This document shows, one piece after another, positions 25,848 through 38,030 of a DNA stretch of 64,000 nucleotides. The stretch covers positions 17,891,710 through 17,955,709 of the forward strand of contig CM119270.1 of the NCBI GenBank assembly GCA_051294375.1, in the 5' to 3' direction. The DNA is from Paraspadella gotoi (Eukaryota; Animalia; Chaetognatha). Both the position numbers and the translations under genes were made by a program. The notes beneath the pieces were generated by a model that ran no database searches, was not told the DNA's origin, and saw nothing but the letters and a program-made list of their open reading frames with translations. How positions within the stretch are numbered: position 1 is the stretch's first letter; every line of letters begins with the position of its first letter.

Positions 25848-27169
25848 TGACTTTTAGTGCAAAAATGACGACGACGTCGATTTCAAAAATAAGGCTTACA
25901 GTATTAATTATTATTATTATTAGTAGTAGTAATTATTATTATTAATATCATTAATAGGTCGATGACAAAATGACAACTTGGTTGACGTTAGAAAAGAAGC
26001 TGACAACAAGAAACGATTTGACTTTAAAGATGTTGACGACGACTACGACGACGACGATGGAGTATGGGAAGACGTACCGGACGACGCACTGCACGACCAA
26101 TAATGACGTGGAGGAAGTTATTTATTATTCTCTTGCGCGCTAAAAAAAAAAGCGACGACTGAACGGAGAACGACGTGAATAAGCAGATAGATCATACCGA
26201 CGCGGCGACTACGACGACGACGACGACGACGACGACACCAGACTCACAGAACTTATTCACCATTGACGCTTGAGCTTCTATTCTTTCCACTCTGACTCTC
26301 TCTCGCTCTCGCACTCGCTCACGTGAAGCGTGAAGAACACACCAAAAAAAAATAATATAGTGAACAACGCTAACAACGCTAACAAGTAACAACAACAAAA
26401 ATACAACAACATCGCCAATGACGACGGAAATTTGTTTCATTTTTTCCCCTCCAAATGCAAATTGCGATTTTGGGATAAACGTCGAGAGATGGCATGAATT
26501 GCGTCTATCTCTCTCTCTCTCTCTCTCNNNNNNNNNNNNNNNNNNNNNNNNNNNNNNNNNNNNNNNNNNNNNNNNNNNNNNNNNNNNNNNNNNNNNNNNN
26601 NNNNNNCCGCCATAGAATATCACCTTAATTCCACTCTGGACAGCATTTCCAATATATCTTTTCTTTTTTTTCTTTTTGACGTAAACAAGAACCACGGCCT
26701 TAATCTCTCTCTCTCTCTCAGTTACTCTCTCTCTCTCTATCTCTCTCTCACTCTCTCTCTCTCACTCGTCGTTCATAACGAGAAAAGCCGTACCCACGAT
26801 ACTCGCGATTAATAAACCAAGAAAAAAAAACAGGTCACTAATAAAATATTTAATAAAGTTCTCAAAGGATTATCTATTGAAATAGTTCTAAAGATAAGTG
26901 ATAACTGATAGTTCAGGATGGTAGTCTTTCTTTCGTTTCGCGACAGTAATGATAGCTATGATATTTTTATGAAATGAAGTGCCGTGACTTTTAAAATAAT
27001 TACTCACTTAAAGAAGTTATTTAACGATCGAAAACCATTTTAAACTTGTCTACAAAATGATTTCATCTGTAACTCGATTTCCCAAAAATTTGAAAATTTT
27101 TCTTCGACGTCCGATTCTCATTTTTTCCGCGAATTTATCGAAAAAAGTAACGACGGCGCCACCATCTCT

Positions 27170-30100
27170 GTCGCTATCCCCCCCCCTCTGCTTCTTCGTC
27201 GCCTCTTGTGCTTTCTGCCTCCTGTCTTTTTTTTGCCCTCTGTCCTGTCTTTGCGTCCCGTCCTCTCTCTCTCATCTCTCTCTCTCTCTCTCTCGTCTTC
27301 TATCTCCTCTCATCTCTCATCTTCTTGCCGTACCTATCTTGCACGTCCTGCGGCGCTTTTTGCCGCTTCGTCGTCCCCTCTCACCCTTGCTATACTGTCC
27401 CTACCCTCCTTGCCCTGCGCGGGGTCCCCTGGGCCACCCATTGCCCCCCTGTTCCTTGGCCCGCCATCCACCCGTTCCCTTCCCGTTCCCCCCCCGCCCC
27501 TCCCGCCGTCCTTGATGCGATCGGCCGGGCTCAATGTTATCCGCTCACCTGACCCCACCGAGCCCCGCCGCAGGCAGTTTTTTCCGCCATTGTATGCCGA
27601 ACCCACAGCCGTTTTTCCGCGCCTTCTCTTGCCCCTCCGGCCCGGGCCCCCTCCCCCCCCTCTCTTCTCGACTCCACCTTTTCTGCGCCGGCCCTCTTGC
27701 TCTTACGGGCCTCTGCCTTCTAGTGTTCTTTTTCCGCTGACCGCCTTGTTGCGGTCGGCCCGCCCTTCGGACCTTCCTGCAGCCTCCCGTCTTTGTGTGG
27801 TTTCGATCTTTTTTGCTTTCCTTTTTCTGCCTCCTCTACATTTATCGTCAGCTCCCCTTTTTTTTTCTTTGTCGTTCCACCGCCCGTTGCTGTTCCTGTA
27901 CTTCACCACCGGCTCTCCCTGAAATGCCACGGCCCCCCTGCCGTTCCCTTCTCGGTCCTTCTTGGCACGAGGGTCCCTCAGGTCCCTGATCTCCCCTCGT
28001 CTCTCTCTCTACTCTCTCTCTTTCCTTCTGACGCCTACTGCACCTACCCTCCTCACACTACACGAACTTGTTTTTTACCCACCAGGGTTCCGCCTTCCCT
28101 TACCCCGCCTCTTTGCGACTCACTCCCTCGCCCCCCTTTTGCGACCGGCCCCCTTCTTCCCCGCGCGCCCTTTTCCGCCGACCTTTCTCTCTGCTTCCCC
28201 TCCCCGCTTCGCCTCATTTCTGCTTTCCTCACTTCGTTTCCACCTTTCTTCACCCTGGCGCCCTGCACCCGGCGCCCCCGTGCCCCCGCGTGCCCGCTCC
28301 CGCCTCACCTGCCGGCCGACTTTACCCACTCTTGCCTTTTTTACTCCTCCCGCACCCCTGTTTGCTTTTTTTTTCCCCCACGTCTACGCGCCTCATTTGG
28401 TTTTCGTACGACGCCTCTTTACGCCCTTTCTCGTTGCGCGGGCTTCCCACCCGTTACACTGCTCCTTGCCTGCTGCGCAACCCGCGCGGCCCTCCCCCGT
28501 TCCCCTCCCGCCCGACTTTCACCCTTAACACAGCGTTCCTCTCTCATCGTCGTCACGCACCCGCACGACCGCCGCCGCCGACCGACCGCCGACCGCAGGC
28601 CGACGCACCCACGCCGACCCACGCCAGACCGACCACTTATCTTGCTGTTCGCGCTCCCTCTTTCACCGCGCACGTCGACTCTTACGTTTTTTTTTTTTTC
28701 GCGGGCCCCTTCCCCCGGCCCTTTCTTTTAATTTTCTTTTTTTTTTTTTCGTTTCGTTTTCATCTCCTTGACTTCAGCCCACGACCGCCGATCCGTCCAC
28801 CTTCTCTCGCCCGCCCCACTCCCCACCACTCCTTGGCTTTTTCCTAACTTTCCTGCCTTACCAACCTATCCTTTCCCCAGGACTTTTTTTGTGTGATGTT
28901 GCCATGTCCCTTCCCCTTTTGCGGTGCAATATACACGTTTTCGTACACTTCCCGATCGACACCCTTCTTCACACCGGTTTACCTGTTTTCCACGTCTCCC
29001 CCATCGCCCCTTGCTTCCTTGGCTTCCTTGATTGGTTTACTTGCTTGACTTGCCTTGCTTTATTGCTTGCTTGATTGCTTGACTTAGCTTGCTTGCTTGC
29101 TCTGTTTGCTTGACTTTGACTTGCTTGGTTTGCTTGATTGCGTTGCTTGCTCTGCTTGCTCTGACTTGACGATGCTTTTGCCACACCGTCTCACCACCTT
29201 TGTCTACTCGCCCCTCAGCTTTGTCTACTGCCACCACCTCACTTTGTCTCATCCCTCCCTTTGTCTTCTCCACCTCACCCGTGTCCTCCCCCTCACTTTC
29301 ATTTTTTCCCTTTCCCGTCCTCTTTCCTGTGCCAGCAGCGCGGGCATTTTATTTCCGCTTTCCTCCCCTGCCCGCCACACCGCGGCCCCCGCATTACCGC
29401 AGCTGGTAACCCTTCCCTTGCCTGGGGTCTGCTCCTGAGCTTGCACAGTCGCGCCCGCCACCCGCTTGGACCTCTCCCGCCGTTGCACCCTCGCCGGCCG
29501 ACCGCCGCCGCCGCCGACCGACCAGCCGCCGCCGCTGCCGCTGCCTTTTCGTGGCACCTGCCGCCGCCGTCGCTTTCCCACCTTCCGGCTTCCCGTCTTC
29601 CTTATTCTTCTTTCTTCGTAAGTCGTCATTCTTCTTACATTCCTATCCATTCCATCGGTCGACTGCACCCCTGACAACCCCTATCGTTGCCGTTCGACCC
29701 GCACGCTGCCCCCCCGCCACGCTTTGCCTTTACCAGATGTTGCCGCCCAGCACTTCGCGACGACCGCCGACCGACGCCCCTCCGGCGCGTGGGCGGCCGT
29801 TTTTTCTTCTTCTCTTGGCCGCTCCCCCACGCGACAGCTGCCGCGCCCGCCGCTCCCGCGTCCACCGCCGGCAGCACAGACAGCAGACACACGCACAGAC
29901 CAGACACAGGACCGCCGACCACCACGCCTCCCACAGCACTTACTTCCCTTGCAGCTTGACGGCTTCTACTTCTTTCCCCTCTGCCTCTCTCTCGCTCATC
30001 GCACCATCGCTCACGTGCCGCCGTGCACGCACCACCCCCCACACACCCCTCCTCTCGTGCACCCCGCTCCCACCCGCTCCCACGTCCCACCTACCACCAC

Positions 30101-31245
30101 GACCGTCGCCACCTGCCGACGGCCATTTGTTTCACTTTTTTCCCCTCCCTTGCCCCTTGGCGACTTTGGGCATCCCCGTCGCGCGCTGGCACTGCCTTTG
30201 CGTCTAATCTCTCTCTCTCTCTCCATCTCTCTTTCTTCCTCTTCTCTTCTGCTCTTCTCTCTTCTCTCTATCTCTCCTCTCTCTTTCAATCTCTCTCTTT
30301 CTCTCATCTCTCTCTCTTTCTCATCTCTCCATCTCCTCTCTTTCTCTCTCTCCTTCTCTCTCTCTTTGTCACCACTCTCTCATCTTCTCCTCTCTTTCCT
30401 CTCTTTGTCCCTCTCCACTCTCTCTCTCTCTTTGTCCCCTTCTCTCTCTTTTTTTCCCTCTCTCTCTCTCTCTCTAATCTCATCTCTCTCTCTCTCTCAT
30501 CTCTTTGTCCACTCTCCCTCGTCCTCTTTCTTTTTTTTTCATCTCTCACTTCTTTTCACAAGATCGCACTCTTTCTTTCATCTCTCCTCTCACCATTACC
30601 TACACAGCGTTCCCGGCCTCGCCTCTCACCCTTCCATTTCCCCTCTGGCCGCACTTCCCACTCTTCTCTTTTCTTTATTTCTTTTCCTTTTGCCGTTCCA
30701 CCCGCACCCCGCCCGGCCTTCCTACTCCTCTCTCTCTCTTCGAGTTAACTCTCTCTCTCTCTCTCTCTCTCTCCCTCTCTCTCATCTGCCCGTCGTCGTT
30801 CCTCACCGCGCCACAGCCGTCCCCCCGCTCCTCGCGGGCTTCCTCACACACCAGACCACCCGGTCCCTTCCTACACATCTATTTCCTCACAGTTCTCCCA
30901 CGGCATATCTCTTGCCACTCGTTTCTCCCGCTAACAGTGCTACACCTGACATACGTTCCGGCTGGTCGTCTTTCTTTCGTTTCCCGCGACCCGTCACTGC
31001 TCGGCTCTGGCTGACTTTTCTGCAATGCCGTGCCGTGCCTTTCCCCTAATTCCTCCCTTACACGCACGTTCTTTCCCGCATCGACCCACCCCTTTTCCCC
31101 TTGTCTCCCCACACCATGCTTCACCTCTGTACACCTTCGCATTTCCCCCCACCTTTGACCCTTTTTCTTACGACCGTCCCGCTTCTCCTTTTTTTCCCGC
31201 GCCTTTCATCCGACCCACCGCCCGCCGGCGGCCCACCCTCATCTA
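27170..31245 (+). other. Low-quality 'shadow' copy of ~24039-27170 with A systematically replaced by C
   Basis: cgcgggaaaattcaaacggaaattt (~24689) appears as cgcgggccccttcccccggcccttt (~28700); (ttga)n (25400-25530) as (ttgc)n (29040-29160); 26610-27160 matches 30610-31245 collinearly. I could not assign 27170-28000 to a source. Confidence 0.9.
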
Positions 31246-31720
31246 GTCTCTCTCATCTCTCCCCATCTCCTCTTCCTACTCTCCTCTCTCTCTCTCTCTC
31301 TCTTCTATCTCTCATCTCTCTCATCCTACGTCTTCTCTCTCTCTCCTCTCCCCTCTCTCTCTCTCTCATCTCTCTCCTTTTTCTCCCACTNNNNNNNNNN
31401 NNNNNNNNNNNNNNNTTATCACCATTTTTGTCCGTCTTTGCCTCACTTCAAGTCACTGACGTCCTTCCTCCTTTCGCCCACGTGCGTCGGTTCGTCCAGT
31501 CCATCCGTCCGTCCGTCCATACCTGACCGCCCCATTTCTCATTGCGTTTCTTCTCCCCTCTCAAGGTCGGTTCCTTCCTCGATTTGTCTGAACGATTGTC
31601 TCTTTGTCCGTCTGTCCGTCCGTTTATCCCTCGTTCGGTCAGTTTTCCTTTTCAGAGACGTGAGCCTCGTACATTAAAGAAACGCGTTTCGTGCCCCTGA
31701 GGTGATGAGCGGTTAACCGC

Positions 31721-31844
<124 letters not shown>

Positions 31845-32638
31845 TCTTTCTCATTTATACTAAACAATAGATTATTTATATATGTATATGCATTTAAAAT
31901 AATTAAATTATCTAGTTCATATCTAACCTAATTAAACTAGCATTCATTCGTTACTATACTTTCATACGAGCAAGAAAATGTTCCCGTCAAGTTTAAAAGA
32001 CCTTTTATTTGTCATCTTTTTTCCTTTTTTTTTCTTCTGCTTCTTTTTTGCTTTTTTTTTCCCCGACACTCGTTTTTCATATTCATTCAAAAAATCGTTC
32101 AAGGACGAGACGGAGCGAAAAAAAAGATAGAGACAGAGTGACATGTTGGATATGAAATGAAATGAAATGAAATGAAATGAAATGAAATGAAATGAAATGA
32201 AATAAATAAAATGGAAAAAATAAATGAAATGAAATGAAATGAAATCGAGTAGAAATGTTATGATTTAATATAAAATAAGTCAATTAAAACTAAATGCAAT
32301 AAAATGAACTGAAATGTTAAAATGAAATCCAAAAAGAATATAACGGAAAACTTTCTAGAAACTTGATTTAAAATTTTAAAAGTCACTCTTGGGCATGGTC
32401 GAAGGTCTCCCCTGATGGTTCCAAGTAGTCTCCAGAACGTTGTTTTTTCCTGTTAATTAAATCATACGTGTTCCGTTTAGTGAGAGAAATTATAAAGATG
32501 AAAAGAATGGCAGATTGTGAAATCGACAGCGATGGAACGAAGTTTTGAAAGACAGCGATGGTACTAAATAGTTCAATCCGAGCAGAAGGAAAATTAGTAG
32601 GATTATTATCGATTAAAACTGATATCAACGATGATAGC

Positions 32639-32722
<84 letters not shown>

Positions 32723-32919
32723 GGTGATAGCGATGATGATAGCGCGCCCGAAGTTGAGGCAACGGTGAAGGTGTGAATTGCAATAACACTGTTGATCGCG
32801 ATGAAAGAGGATTCTGTCCAAAGATTATTTTCTGTCCAAAGATTATTTTCTGTCCAAAGATTATTTTCTGTCCAAAGATTATTTTCTGTGCAAAGATTAT
32901 TTTCTGTCCAAAGATTGTT
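32639..32919. repeat. (GAT)n microsatellite (32639-32720) and 18-bp minisatellite ttctgtccaaagattatt x6 (32812-32919)
   Basis: Read directly; a further (GAT)n at 34172-34272 and (GAAAT)n at 32153-32245. Confidence 0.9.
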
Positions 32920-33623
32920 TTTTGTTCTCTGATTCGACTAATTAAATCGAAAACCGACGGAAACATTTTGCCGTTGAAAATCGATTTTAATCACAACAAC
33001 AAAAAATTAATTAAATAAATCAAATAAAAAATGGAGAACAATTTGGTTCGGCTTCGATTGTGAAATTTTTTTTTCCTCTCTCTTCTCTCTCTCTCTCTCT
33101 CGTCTCTCGTCTCTCTCTCTATCTCTTCTCTCCTCTCTCTCTCTCTCTCTCTCCGCCATTTTAATGAGTTAAAACGTCTTTTTTTTTCCCCCCTCGCGTT
33201 TGATCAAAGATTTGTTTTCCCCTGGAATTTAAAAAGATCCGGATTAAATCGGAATTAACTGTAATCGAAATGGATCCAGTGTTTGAGTGAGGAGTTGTTG
33301 TTCTTGTTGTTTTTGTTGTTGTTGTTGTTTTTGCTGTTGTTGTTGTTGTCATACAAATGTTCTCAAACTTCTTCACGATCTGTTAATGTTAAATTCGTAA
33401 TTTAATTTAACGGTCACAAAATGGAATTAGAAATTAGCTTCGCCCTTCATTTCTTTTTTTTTTAACGTTTTATTGCTTAAAAAAAATACTATTGAGGATT
33501 TAAAAATTTAAATAAGAAATAAAAGGAAATAAGGAAAATTCTCTTCAACGAATGAGACGCATGAAAGAAAAAGTCTCTCCTCCTCTTCATCATTCTCGCT
33601 CTTGTTAAGTGTGTGACGACAGC

Positions 33624-33687
<64 letters not shown>

Positions 33688-33767
33688 GTCTCTCGTTTTT
33701 AAAGAGCTCAGAGTTCGTTCACACTGTGTTTTTTCACGAGAGATAAACGAGAGCGAGTGAAATATTT

Positions 33768-33815
<48 letters not shown>

Positions 33816-33824
33816 CGCGAGAGA

Positions 33825-33857
<33 letters not shown>

Positions 33858-34172
33858 GAGAAGACCGGAGAGAGCGGTCCTAAGCCGCTGTTCGGCCGAG
33901 NNNNNNNNNNNNNNNNNNNNNNNNNGAGAGGTTCCTAAGCCGTGTTTCGGCAGAGGATAATTTTCCAGGGGTCCTGCTCGTTAAGCCTTTCTCCTTTCCG
34001 TTTCGACTTTAAATCTTTTTTTCTTTCTTCATCTTTTCTTCTTTTTTTTCTTTTTCTATTTTACGGCTTTTGTTTTGCAATTTCTTTCTCTCGCAAAGAC
34101 TCATCTTCGAGAACTTATCTCGAGTGGGTTTTTCTTTTTCTTGTCGAAAAACGTGTTTTCTCTTCGCTCATC

Positions 34173-34247
<75 letters not shown>

Positions 34248-36411
34248 ATGAGGATGATGACGATGATGATGAAGATAAATGTTTTAAACTTAACATTGAA
34301 TTCACAAAGAAAAGTGTTAGTTAAATGATGTTTAACTGAAGAGGGGGTGCTTGACATAAACAGAGAGTGAAAAATAGCAGGGTGCTGCCATGTTATTATC
34401 TTGTCAAGAGTCACTGACAAAATAGCTTATTGATTTACTGAATTGGTGATTTTATATTCGTTTTATCTATTTAATATTTGACTCACATCAAGGCTTAGCT
34501 CTTTCTCTCTGTTTAGTATAGTTTATTCTCCATATTTTATTCTCATAATCAAATAGTTTTTTTAAGGTGAAATAAAAAAGATGTTTACGTCGACTGACAA
34601 AGATGATGTAGCAAAAAAAAAGTATAGTCGGAATTCGGCAAAAGATCTTTCGCGTCGGCGAAGTTAGTTCTGTGCATTTGCATTTCGCCATTTGCATTTC
34701 GCCATTTGCATTTCGCCATTTGCCTTTCTTGCGGTTTTCTTTTTCTTTCGAATGACGCTATCTGTCTGTTTCTTTCTCTATTCATTCTTAGTCTCTTTTC
34801 CTTATTATTATTTCTTTCCTTCCGTTTTTCCCTTCTTTTTCTTTTTCTTTTCTGTTCCATACATTCCTTTTTTTTTCATTTTCCCTTTTCCCTTTTTCAT
34901 TTCTCGCCATTCCTCAGATTTTCCCTTTTTCCTTTTTTCCCTTTTTCCCTTTTTCCCTTTTTTCCCTTTTTTCTTTTTTCTTTTCCCTTTTTTCTTTTTT
35001 CCCTTTTTTCCCTTTTTCCCTTTTTCCCTTTTTCCCTTTTTCCCTTTTTCCTTTTTCCTTTTTTTTCATTTTCCCTTTTCCCTTTTTCATTTCCCGCCAT
35101 TCCTCCGATTCCCCCCAATTCTCTTCATTAACCAAAAACCTCTCACTCTCGCTCTTTTCCTTTTCTTTCATCACGTTTTCCTCCCATTCTTCCTTTCCTT
35201 TCTTCCAATCGCTTCCTTCCTTTCTCACGTCCTCTTCACATTTGTTTCCTAACCTTTTTCCTTTTTTTTTTTTTGCCTCCACACGTCGTTACAAATTTCG
35301 TCTTTGACGAGAAGTCGCGCTGCTCGATTCGGTGAAAACCTTTTTTTTTTTATGGAACTAATTTACTTTCGCTCATTTTTGTTATAAAACGAAAAAAAAC
35401 TTAATTTTTGTAATCTCTGCCTTCGACTTTTAATTTAAAAAAAAAATAATAATTTGTTTTTCTTAATGAAGCAATAACGTAATCGGGAAAATTTAAAAAA
35501 TAACAATTTGCAATTTTTCATTAAAATGACAGACCATTAAGAATATGATGTGAAATTCTAGGTGCAAAAATCTATTATGGAAAAATTGACTCAAAAAGAC
35601 AAAAAACATAATAAAAATATATAAACATAAGAATTAAATGAGAAGTAATTGTTATTGTTTATAAAATAAAAATTCGTTGTGAAAAACTAAAAATTGTTAT
35701 TTNNNNNNNNNNNNNNNNNNNNNNNNNNNNNNNNNNNNNNNNNNNNNNNNNNNNNNNNNNNNNNNNNNNNNNNNNNNNNNNNNNNNNNNNNNNNNNNNNN
35801 NNNNNNNNNNNNNNNNNNNNNNNNNNNNNNNNNNNNNNNNNNNNNNNNNNNNNNNNNNNNNNNNNNNNNNNNNNNNNNNNNNNNNNNNNNNNNNNNNNNN
35901 NNNNNNNNNNNNNNNNNNNNNNNNNNNNNNNNNNNNNNNNNNNNNNNNNNNNNNNNNNNNNNNNNNNNNNNNNNNNNNNNNNNNNNNNNNNNNNNNNNNN
36001 NNNNNNNNNNNNNNNNNNNNNNNNNNNNNNNNNNNNNNNNNNNNNNNNNNNNNNNNNNNNNNNNNNNNNNNNNNNNNNNNNNNNNNNNNNNNNNNNNNNN
36101 NNNNNNNNNNNNNNNNNNNNNNNNNNNNNNNNNNNNNNNNNNNNNNNNNNNNNNNNNNNNNNNNNNNNNNNNNNNNNNNNNNNNNNNNNNNNNNNNNNNN
36201 NNNNNNNNNNNNNNNNNNNNNNNNNNNNNNNNNNNNNNNNNNNNNNNNNNNNNNNNNNNNNNNNNNNNNNNNNNNATTTGCCGCTGAAAAAGGGGGCGTG
36301 GCCCGACCCATCGCGGCCTCTCGCGAGAAACCAATTGTTTTTTTGACCCGCTACTTTGTGTCTTCACCGAGTTTCTCACGTTGTACAGTTCTAACCTTGT
36401 TTTTACCGACC

Positions 36412-36521
<110 letters not shown>

Positions 36522-37199
36522 TCTTCTTCATTTCACCATCTCTTTCGGCTTCTATATTTTCCCAAGCCGTCTTCGCGTCAAAGTACTTCACAGACTTTTC
36601 TCCTCCTTCTCCTCCTCCTCCTCCTCCTCTTTTTCTTCTTCTTCTTCCTCCCATTTCTTCTCTTCTGTTTTTCGATCCGTGACGCCTTCTCGTCATAGCC
36701 TTTCGCTTTTTTATTAATTTATTAAATATTAAACTTCCCATTATTTTCTTCCTCTCTTTTCGTTCTTCCTTCCTTTCCTCCGCTTCCTCCTTCTCTTTCT
36801 CCTTCCTTTTTTCCTCCTCCTTCCTTTCTTCCTCAAAAGTCACGAGCGAAAAAAAGAAAGAAAAAAAGAAAAAAAAAGAAAAAAAAAAGAAAAAGAAAAA
36901 AGAAATTCTTCTGTTTTTCTTCATCAACAGAAAAACATTGAAAGTCGAGTTTTTTTGACTCGAAAATTTTCTGTGAATGACCTTAATATGAGTCACGTTC
37001 GCATTGTCACAGCAATGTTGTCACTCTTGTCATCATTCATCGACATCATAGTCACTCTCTAATATAATTTATATCGTGAAATCATTGTCGTCATCGTGAT
37101 ATCATAAGCATTTTGATTCTCATGATAGTAATGATATTCGTATTGTAATAGAATATTTACGTTAAGCAAAAAAAAACAACTAAAACTCGACAACAACTA

Positions 37200-37241
37200 T
37201 TATTTTTTTTGAACTCGTATGTTCACCAACTCATTACCATT

Positions 37242-37289
<48 letters not shown>

Positions 37290-37556
37290 GTCATCGTCAT
37301 CGTCGTCGTCGTCGTCATCGTCGTCGTCGCCATAAACATAATCATCCTCATCATAACCTCCATATTTCTTCTCGGCCCCAAAAACTGAAATCGGTCCGAG
37401 TTTTATCGCCCCGTTCGCTTCCTCCGCCGCCGCCGCCGCAGCCGCCGCCCCTGTCGCCGTAGCCGCCGCCGTTCCTGCCGCCGACCCCCCCCCATTCCTC
37501 TTCCTCCTCCTTCTGCCCGTTAAGCGTAAATCGCTGGGGATTTTCTGGAAAATGCA

Positions 37557-37559
<3 letters not shown>
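37200..37559 (-). CDS. Putative C-terminal region of a ZP-domain (zona pellucida module) protein
   Basis: Open frame absent from the ORF track (no early start codon): RCIFQKIPSDLRLTGRRRRKRNGGGSAAGTAAATATGAAAAAAAAEEANGAIKLGPISVFGAEKKYGGYDEDDYVYG(D)nENGNELVNIRVQKK*. A polybasic furin site followed by IKLGPISV resembles the CFCS plus external hydrophobic patch of ZP proteins. The ZP core itself is not seen. Confidence 0.35.
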
Positions 37560-37599
<40 letters not shown>

Positions 37600-37769
37600 A
37601 GTAATCGTTCTCTTCATTCCGCCATCTTTTTTTTTTCATCTTGGATCACGTGACCGCATCGATAATCGTTGTCCTCTCTTCCTGCGAGGCGATCGATTTG
37701 AGAAGCGTTGGACCGAGAATTCCTCACTTAATAATAAACAATTCATAGTAGACAAACTTAAAAAATAAG

Positions 37770-38030
37770 GAATGAATGAGAGAATGAATGAATGAAAGAG
37801 AGAATGAATGAATGAATTAATGAATGAATGAATAAATGAATAAATGAATGAATAAATGTATGAATGAATGAATTAATGAATGAATGAATGAATGAATGAA
37901 TGAATGAATGAATGAATGAATGAATGAATGAATGAATGAATGAATGAATGAATGAAAGAACGAACGAACCAACGAACCAACGAACCAACGAACCAACGAA
38001 CCAACGAACGACCGAACCAACGAACCAACG
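37770..38030. repeat. (TGAA)n grading into (CGAACCAA)n simple repeat
   Basis: Read directly. Confidence 0.9.

Noticed and set aside
27057-31246. Cluster of long Pro/Arg/Leu/Ser-rich ORFs, including the 441-aa 29724-31049
   Set aside because: They lie in the A-depleted shadow copy; loss of A removes stop codons.
34692-35282. F/P-rich and K/G/E-rich ORFs
   Set aside because: Degenerate (TTTTTCCC)n simple repeat.
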